Translations under genes and position numbers: made by a program
Notes under the pieces: model-generated
Databases searched by the model: none
Told to the model about the DNA's origin: nothing
What the model saw: only the letters and a program-made list of their open reading frames with translations
NCBI GenBank assembly: GCA_002269645.1
Contig: NIVC01000543.1
Coordinates: 124,001 to 188,000 of the forward strand
DNA length: 64,000 bases
Source: Macrostomum lignano
Taxonomy: Eukaryota
Direction: 5' to 3'
Shown here: one piece after another, positions 55,897 through 64,000 of the stretch
How the letters are laid out: each line of letters opens with the position of its first letter
Position numbering within the stretch: the stretch's first letter is position 1

Positions 55897-58800
55897 ATGA
55901 CTGAGCTTGCTGTAAATGAGAACGATGTGGCAAACGAAGCTTTAGAGATAAACGCCTCAAATCCTGAACTTCAGTCAAGGGATATTCAGGCCGAGACAGC
56001 TGAGTTCAAAGCAGTTTCAACAGAAAAAACTACTGCTGCAGACACACAGCCGCCGGACACTGAGCATAAGGCTACTGAGAATGATTCGGAGGCTGAGAAA
56101 GTTGATGATCAAGCCACCGAGAGCATCGCGGCCACTGAGACTAAAACCTCAGAAGCCGAGCCAGTGAAGACTCCGACCAAAGAGGATGAGGCGGTGGAAG
56201 CCCAGGCCCCAGCGGAGGGAACGGAGACCCCGGGCATTGAAGAGGTAGCGATAGAAACTCAGGCCACAGAAGCTGAAGCTTTGCAAACTCAGGCCACAGA
56301 AGCTGAAGCTATGCAAACTCAGGCCACAGAAGCTGAAGCTATGCAAACTCAGGCCACAGAAGCTGAAGCCATGCAAACTAAGGCTTCAGAAGCTGAAGCC
56401 ATGCAAACTAAAGCTTCAGAAGCTGAAGCCATGCAAACTCAGGCCACAGAAGCTGAAGCTATGCAAACTCAGGCCACAGAAGCTGAGTCGGAAATGGCAC
56501 TAGCAGACGCTAACTCAGTGATGCCAGATGCTGGCGATGCTGACGTTTCCGCTTTGGCAGAGCACACCGCCACTGTGGCCGATACTGAGCCAGAGGCTGC
56601 GACTGAGTCAGCTGACATCAGCACTTCATCGGCCGCCAATGGGCCGTTGAAAGACACTGGCTCAGTTTTGGACACGGATAAAGTTCTTGCTGCGGGTGTT
56701 GGTGAAGTATCTGGGGAGCAGGAAGTGACAGAGACGGTGATGGATGCGGAGGACGCTGCTGATCCGGCCACTTCGACCGATGCAATTGAAATGGAGGATG
56801 CACTAACTGAGCATGATGCCGACGCCGATGCTGCAAACGAAACAGACGATGCGATTATGGCCGAGGCTGAAGCTGCGCTTGTTGAGGCTGAAGCAGAATC
56901 TGCAGCAGCTGCGGCCGATGACGCCATGGCAAACCAAGCAAAGGCGGCAGAAGCCGCCGATGCTCAGATGGACACCGAGGCGGGTCCTGCGAACAAGATC
57001 GAGACTGGGGAAGAAGCCCACAGCCCGACTGGCAATGGCGGAGCCGCTACCTCCGGAGCCCATAAGACGCCGGTAAGAACGCCTTCGATGGCAGCGGCGG
57101 TGGCCGCGGCGGCAAAGGCGGCCGCAGCAGCAGCGGCTGCCGGAGGCGGCTCCGTATCGACACAGAGACCAACGAAGCCACGGAAGCCAATTGGGACCGG
57201 GCGGCGGTCACGCCAGGCAAGGCGGGACCCGCAGGAGCCCGTGAACCCGCGCTCCGCCTACACAATCTTCGTCAAGGAGAAGATGGAGGAACTAGGGGTC
57301 CACATCAAGGACTCGCCGGATCTCAAGCTCAAGGGCAAGGAGCAGATTAAAGTGGTGGCTCAGCAGTGGCGGGACCTCTCCGCCGAAGAGAAGGAGCGCT
57401 ATCAGCAAATGTTTACAAAAGCATTCGCGGCTTATGAGCAAGACTTGGCCGCTTACAAGCAGACCGATTCGTACCGCCTATTCCAGGTAAGTTTTCGGGC
57501 CCAAAGTTTAGTATGTGTAATCGGCTAGCAGTGCCTTTGGCTAGCATTGCCTTTATAAAAGGCAACATTGGAGTCATCAGGTTAAAAATTAAACTGTCTA
57601 ACTTGCAGAAGGCAAAGCAAATACTTGCTACTTGCCTGTAAAAATTATATATACTCTGTTATTTTTGTTGGACTATTACTAATCTAACAGTTAGCTAGCT
57701 CACAGGAAGTCTCTATTCCTGTTTCATTATTCCCACATAAGTCTCTACTCCTGTTTCATTATTCCCACATAAGTCTCTACTCCTGTTTCATTATTCCCAC
57801 ATAAGTCTCTACTCCTGTTTCATTATTCCCACATAAGTCTCTACTCCTGTTTCATTATTCCCACATAAGTCTCTATTCCTGTTTCATTATTCCCACATAA
57901 GTCTCTACTCCTGTTTCATTATTCCCACATAAGTCTCTACTCCTGTTTCATTATTCCCACATAAGTCTCTACTCCTGTTTCATTATTCCCACATAAGTCT
58001 CTACTCCTGTTTCATTATTCCCACATAAGTCTCTACTCCTGTTTCATTATTCCCACATTCCCTACTCACAGGAGAAGCTGAAGGCGATGGATGCAGAGAA
58101 GGCAAAAAACAATCCGTCAACTTCATCCGCGCCCAACCCGGCCAACGCTGCCGCCGCTGCTGCCGCCGCTGCAGCCGCCGCTAAGAAGAAAGCGGTCAGT
58201 GGTGTTGGAGGCGGCGGCGTGACCGCCAAAATTGCGGCTGTAGGCGGCGGAGTAAATAAAATCGTCACTTCGGCTGCGGCTTCTGCGGCCGCTGCTGTCG
58301 CGCCAGTCACAGCCGGCAACGCTGCCAACATTGTTCGCGTGAAGGAGGAGGTAGCGCAGCAGCAGCAGCAGCAGTTGACTCCGGCGATGGTGCCCCAGCA
58401 GCTGCTGCAGGGTATGGTGCAGCTTCCGCAGGGTCTGTCAGCAGCCCCAGTGCCTGTGTCCGGTGCCGCCAGCCAGCCGCTGCTGACGGCCACTCCCATC
58501 CGCCTGGAGTCATTGAATCAGTTTCTGCCCATGTCGCAGCTGCAGCACCTGCTGCCGCCTGGTACCGTCACTTTGCTGGCCGTCACCCAGCAGCAGCCGC
58601 AGCAGCTGCAGCAGCTCCAGCAGCTTCAGCAGCCCCAGCAACTGGCCGCTCAGCTGCCGCCACCGCCACCGCAGATGCAGGCGCAGCCGCAGATCCAGCA
58701 ACAGCAGCAGGTGATTGTGTCCTCGCAGGCACTTTTGCCTAGCTTCCCTGAGCTCAGCCAGCCGGCCCTCCTGGCCTACGGAGGCGCCCAGCCGCAGCAG

Positions 58801-59349
58801 CTTCAGCAGCTTCAGCCGCAGCAGCAGCAGCAGACGTCAGTCTCCTACGCATTTAGCGGCGCCAGCGTCCCCCTGCTGGACTCGTTCGTTTCGTCCAGCT
58901 CTGCAAGCGGCGGCATGCTAGAGATCGACAGCAAGCTGGGCCTGGTCGTATCCTGCGGCCAGCAGACTCTGCAGCAGCAGGACATGAAGCCGCTGGTTAG
59001 CGTGGCGAATCTCCAAATTGTTAACGCGGTGGCCGCGGCCACAGCCAACAAGCCCATGCAGTACATGACGGAAATTGTTGGCATGATCCAGCGCATTGCC
59101 CAGGCCATGGACCGCAAGGCTTCCGGTCAGCCAACGCAGGGCCTTGAAGAGGCGGTCATGCAGCTGCGCAACAAAATGTACGAGGCCCAGAATTTCTACC
59201 AGACCACGACGCGCGACTTTGTAAGCGAGCTGCAGGCGCAGATTGACAAGATTCTGCCATCCCTGAATGACGTGAGGTCGGAGGTTCTCTACAAGCTGCA
59301 GGATGTCATCCGGTCCATGATTTTCTCACCGCAGCAGCAGCAGATCTGA
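55897..59349 (+). CDS. HMG-box protein, HMG20A/B-like, 955 aa; exons 55897-57486, 58072-59349
   Basis: HMG box RDPQEPVNPRSAYTIF...QWRDLSAEEKERY...AAYKQTDSYRLFQ|EKL (phase-0 GT-AG join) resembles HMG20 YQKTEAYKVF; C-terminal helical region; long acidic N-terminus and a polyA/Q middle. Confidence 0.85.
56257..56486 (+). repeat. 30-bp coding repeat (TQATEAEAMQ x8)
   Basis: Read directly in exon 1 of the HMG gene. Confidence 0.92.
57709..58058 (+). repeat. 32-bp minisatellite (GTCTCTACTCCTGTTTCATTATTCCCACATAA), about 11 copies, abutting the acceptor
   Basis: Read directly; inside intron 57487-58071. Confidence 0.95.
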
Positions 59350-59972
59350 GACTCATCGTGCTGCTGGCTGCCTTGACCCGAATGCGTCATCTGTCCTCAT
59401 TAGCGCAAACTGTTTGTCCACATTTGCTTGTCGACTGTCTCTGCTCACCGCATATCGCATAACCCCTTAACTGGCTTTTTATAAATTGCTTATTCGCTGT
59501 TAAAAGCAGATTTTTTTACCAAAGCTGATAAGTTAATGGCAGCAACGCCAGTCCCATCGGGCCGCAGAGACGCTCTCTGCGCACTGTTATCCCCGTGTAA
59601 ATTGGCCGTCCTTTTGAATCCCCGTGTGTCGTACCTGAGCTCTGTTATATTCGCCCATCCGTCACTGGCTGGTCCCCGCGCTTTTCCCGGGAGCTGAGCG
59701 GCACCATATCAGCCATTTGTGCCCGATTGCTTGGCAGCTCGCTCGCCCCATCGCGCATCTGAGTGACGCCTGTGTTTGGCGTGGCTGTAATTTCTTGCTT
59801 AATGTTTTCTCTTTTGTACAAAGCAAATGGCATATGAAGTGTTTCTTCTGTTAAATGTTTGCCCCCATTTATTAAAATGTTGGTCATTGCAGCATCAGGT
59901 TAGCTTTTTGAGATTGTTTAATTCTATTCTCTTTTTATGTTTTTTTCTCTCAGCCCATTGAATTTTTTAATT

Positions 59973-59984
59973 GCCGCCATTTTG
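59973..59984 (+). promoter_or_regulatory. YY1-like motif GCCGCCATTTTG in the probable PSMA2 promoter/5' region
   Basis: Exact match to the CCGCCATNTT consensus in a CpG-containing patch between the HMG gene and PSMA2; function inferred. Confidence 0.3.
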
Positions 59985-60592
59985 TCGGCCCAGCGCGCAC
60001 ACGAGTTTCCCATCAAACTGACTGTTGCCGCCTATTTACTATAGCATGTACGCCATATTTAATGTAAATTTTAGCCTTTTATACAAAGCTGTGTACGAGA
60101 TGCTTGTAAATAGCGATTCCCCCTCTGTCTAACTATGAACTTACATGTAGCAATACATTATGTAGCTGCAGCAATACTATATTTATGGCTGAAATGCGCG
60201 AGTGTGTATTAATATCAACATTTTCCTCTCTGAAAATTTCTGTTTCAACTCTAAACTGTTGCGCAACTTTATAACTTTGCTGAATCTTTGTTTTAGCGAG
60301 TCTGTCCTCATTTATCTTGACTCATCTCTCTGTATCTTTTTTCTCTTGCTCTGTTTGTCTCATTGTCTAACAGTCTAACATTGTCTTGAAGCAAAGTAAA
60401 TTAAACATATATAATACGCGTGTGTTTATATAACTAGAACTGGCTATTGTGGCTATCTGTCTTTGGCTTCTAATTCACACTCAACAGAAACCTAAGATAG
60501 TATATGTGGATCATTCTACTATATTAGTAGTATGTGTAGCAATGACCGGAGACTGTAAGTTTACTTAGATGCTTCCATTTCTTGCTACTATA

Positions 60593-61546
60593 TTTGGCTA
60601 GTTGTCAGTCCCGGCTAATCATAATTTGGCTAGTTGTGAGTCCCGGCTACTCATAATTTGGCTAGTTGTCAGTCCCGGCTACTCATAATTTGGCTAGTTG
60701 TCAGTCCCGGCTAATCATAATTTGGCTAGTTGTGAGTCCCGGCTACTCATAATTTGGCTAGTTGTGAGTCCCGGCTACTCATAATTTGGCTAGTTGTGAG
60801 TCCCGGCTACTCATAATTTGGCTAGTTGTCAGTCCCGGCTACTCATAATTTGGCTAGTTGTCAGTCCCGGCTACTCATAATTTGGCTAGTTGTGAGTCCC
60901 GGCTACTCATAATTTGGCTAGTTGTGAGTCCCGGCTACTCATAATTTGGCTAGTTGTGAGTCCCGGCTACTCATAATTTGGCTAGTTGTGAGTCCCGGCT
61001 ACTCATAATTTGGCTAGTTGTCAGTCCCGGCTACTCATAATTTGGCTAGTTGTCAGTCCCGGCTACTCATAATTTGGCTAGTTGTGAGTCCCGGCTACTC
61101 ATAATTTGGCTAGTTGTGAGTCCCGGCTACTCATAATTTGGCTAGTTGTGAGTCCCGGCTACTCATAATTTGGCTAGTTGTGAGTCCCGGCTACTCATAA
61201 TTTGGCTAGTTGTGAGTCCCGGCTACTCATAATTTGGCTAGTTGTCAGTCCCGGCTACTCATAATTTGGCTAGTTGTCAGTCCCGGCTACTCATAATTTG
61301 GCTAGTTGTCAGTCCCGGCTACTCATAATTTGGCTAGTTGTGAGTCCCGGCTACTCATAATTTGGCTAGTTGTGAGTCCCGGCTACTCATAATTTGGCTA
61401 GTTGTGAGTCCCGGCTACTCATAATTTGGCTAGTTGTGAGTCCCGGCTACTCATAATTTGGCTAGTTGTGAGTCCCGGCTACTCATAGTTTGGCTAGTTG
61501 TCAGTCTCGGCTACTCATAGTTTGGCTAGTTGTCAGTCCCGGCTAC
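60593..61546 (+). repeat. 32-bp minisatellite (TTTGGCTAGTTGT(G/C)AGTCCCGGCTACTCATAA), about 30 copies
   Basis: Read directly; lies between a GTAAGT donor (60555) and a pyrimidine-rich CAG acceptor (61608) just before the PSMA2 ATG, so probably in a 5'-UTR intron. Confidence 0.95.
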
Positions 61547-61610
61547 CCAAAGCACAAACTGAGCGCTCTCTTGACCCCGCAGCGGCATCCTCCTCCCTTT
61601 CGCAACAGCA

Positions 61611-63104
61611 ATGTCCGAACGCTACGGGTTCTCACTGACTACATTTAGCCCCAGTGGCAAGCTGGTGCAGATCGAGTACGCACTGAAGGCTGTGGAGGCC
61701 GGCGCTCCCAGTGTGGGAATCAAGGCTACTAACGGTGTTGTACTGGCTGTGGAGAAGAAGTTCTCCTCCGCTCTGATTGATGCCGCCTCTGTGCACAGGT
61801 GAGCATCACTTCTTTGCTCCCTTATCTGCTCTCTGCATAAAATCTAGGTCCTCGCCGCTTGACTGCCCACCCTGCAGGATCGAGGCCGTCACCAGCCACT
61901 GCGGCTTGGTGTACAGCGGGCTTGGCCCTGACTTCCGCGTAGTGCTGCAAGATGCCCGCCGGTCCGCTGTGGCCTACCAGCTCGCTTACGGGGAGGCGAT
62001 CCCGCCAGAACAGCTGGTGCAGCGGGTGGCCGCCCTCATGCAGGAGTTCACGCAGAGCGGTGGCGTCCGGCCCTTTGGCATCTCCGTGCTGCTGGCTGGC
62101 TGGGACCGCGACACCAACCGGCCAATGCTGTTTCAGTCCGACCCCTCCGGCACCTACTTTGCCTGGAAGTCTACGGCGCTGGGCAAGAACCACGTCAATG
62201 GGAAGACCTTCCTGGAGAAGAGGTGCGCTTATTCGCTGGTCATTAGATATTTTGGCTTTCAACAAAATCCGCAATGTAATCCTCTTCTGTGAAATGATTG
62301 CCTACTGAAGAGTAGCAAAAAATGCGAGGCGAATCTCTTATAATGCGGAAGGGTTGCTCAACATTTTGAGCAATCGTTGAGTAGCTCAGAGGTCCCGAAT
62401 TCTTCTAGCATTTATTCTGAGCAATCGTTGAGTAGCTCAGAGGTCCCGAATTCTGCCGGCATTTATTCTGAGCAATCGTTGAGTAGCTCAGAGGTCCCGA
62501 ATTCTGCTAGCATTTATTCTGAGCAATTGTTGAGTAGCTCAGAGGTCCCGAATTCTGCTAGCATTTATTCTGAGCAATTGTTGAGTAGCTCAGAGGTCCC
62601 GAATTCTGCTAGCATTTATTCTGAGCAATTGTTGAGTAGCTCAGAGGTCCCGAATTCTTCCGGCATTTATTCTGAGCAATTGTTGAGTAGCTCAGAGGTC
62701 CCGAATTCTTCCGGCATTTATTCTGAGCAATCGTTGAGTAGCTCAGAGGTCCCGAATTCTGCCGGCATTTATTCTGAGCAATCGTTGAGTAGCTCAGAGG
62801 TCCCGAATTCTGCCGGCATTTATTCTGAGCAATCGTCGAGTAGCTCAGAGGTCCCGAATTTTTCTTGAATAGATTTTGAGATAGCAAATTAATGAAAAAG
62901 ACCATTGTTTCTCCCTTCGCTCCGCCCAGGTACAACGAGGAGCTGGAACTTGAGGACGCGGTGCACACGGCCATCCTGACGCTGAAGGAGAGCTTCGAGG
63001 GCCAGATGACTGAGGACAATATCGAAGTCGGCATATGCAAGCAAGATGGCTTCAAGAAGCTGAGTCCCGCTGAGATCAAAGATTACCTGGCCGGGATCCA
63101 GTGA
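61611..63104 (+). CDS. PSMA2: Proteasome subunit alpha type-2; exons 61611-61798, 61878-62222, 62930-63104
   Basis: [55 protein letters not shown]|[34 protein letters not shown]; splice phases are consistent. Confidence 0.97.
62367..62860 (+). repeat. 51-bp minisatellite, about 9.7 copies, in PSMA2 intron 2
   Basis: Unit GAGTAGCTCAGAGGTCCCGAATTCTGCTAGCATTTATTCTGAGCAATCGTT read directly. Confidence 0.95.
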
Positions 63105-63699
63105 GCGCAGTGCTGCAATATGACTCCAGAACAGCGCTTGTTGCTTTCTCTTTATCTCTTTCTGTTCTGCACTTGCTCCGTGTTCATGCCTGCTCTGTGC
63201 AGTCCATAGCTATCCAGCGGCGCCCTGACCTGCTCAGAGCCTGTTATCTCCCTCCGCTTGGCAGCGGCTCCCAAACTATTTTAAAGTACATTTTCTGGCC
63301 AAGCAGATCGCCGATAGCGGCATTTCTCTACTGTGCCCGACCTCCACCCCTCCCAGTTTTGCTGCAAACCCCTGCGCCTCGGTTTTCGAATAAATTCTCA
63401 TTCCCCCATGGCCCTGCAGTCACCGCGCGCTTTACCAGTTATAATTTTATAGCCCTAAATCGCTCCAGGAATAGCTACTGTTAGGCAAATAAATACGAAA
63501 CCGGTAGGAATTTTTTGCGTAACATTTTTGCTTAACTTTCATGTTTACGCAATAACAGCACCTTTGTTGTTGCTCTTTTGTTGCCTTTGTTGCTATTCAA
63601 GGTAAAGAATAGCTTTGTGTGCTAAGGTAGCTTTGGTTTGGTTAGACCATGCGCATTATGAGCATACATCTCGAGGATTGCCCCCTCGATCTTACCCCC

Positions 63700-63910
63700 C
63701 TCCCACATTGACCTCCCCTCACACTGCCCCCACACTGCCTCCCAATTTTGCCTCCCCCCACATTTTCCCCACATTGCCCTCCCCCACATCCCCCCCACGC
63801 CTAACAACAATGCCCACCCCAACATTGCCCCCCACACTGCCTCCCAACATTGCCCACCCCAACATTGCCCCCCACACTGCCTCCTAACATTGCCCACCCC
63901 AACATTGTCG
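63700..63910 (+). repeat. C-rich degenerate repeat of about 25 bp (CCCAACATTGCCCCCCACACTGCCT)
   Basis: Read directly. Confidence 0.75.
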
Positions 63911-64000
63911 TTGCACCCCAAGAGGTTGCTCCACCCGGCAGCAAGAAGTGATCCCGATGCTTCATAAGAACATCGGAAATTAAATCAGCCGGCCTTTTGG

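Noticed and set aside
60593-61546. Regular arrays of about 32 bp as CRISPR
   Set aside because: Units are contiguous with no unique spacers, there are no cas genes, and the context is eukaryotic. The same applies to all other arrays.

Overview
Animal nuclear genomic DNA with GT-AG introns, GC-rich exons, TTAGGG repeats and many minisatellites. The style suggests a free-living flatworm such as Macrostomum, but that is inference only. I found no rRNA, tRNA or CRISPR. Six host loci are supported: (1) a membrane-anchored KIM-type tyrosine phosphatase (PTPRR/STEP-like, minus strand, running off the left edge); (2) an 18-ankyrin-repeat protein spliced in frame to a Mab-21/cGAS-like nucleotidyltransferase (cGLR), with three frameshifts in this assembly; (3) a CYP2-clan P450; (4) ADH5/class III ADH; (5) an HMG20-like HMG-box gene; (6) PSMA2. 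Mobile DNA includes a young Mag-type Ty3/Gypsy element with its TSD, a LOA/I-group LINE with a 15-bp TSD and deleted RT core, two RTE-type LINEs, hAT and Harbinger-like MITEs (one nested) and a decayed Gypsy integrase. The most interesting signals are: the ankyrin-cGLR, whose repeats vary at DARPin-type paratope positions; kilobase blocks with no CpG in which repeats carry C>T/G>A changes in CpG and CpA/TpG contexts (RIP-like hypermutation in an animal); private intronic minisatellites that copy splice sites, including seven in-frame acceptors in ADH5; and an ADH5 ORF with no visible ATG exon that could take its start codon from the flatworm spliced leader.
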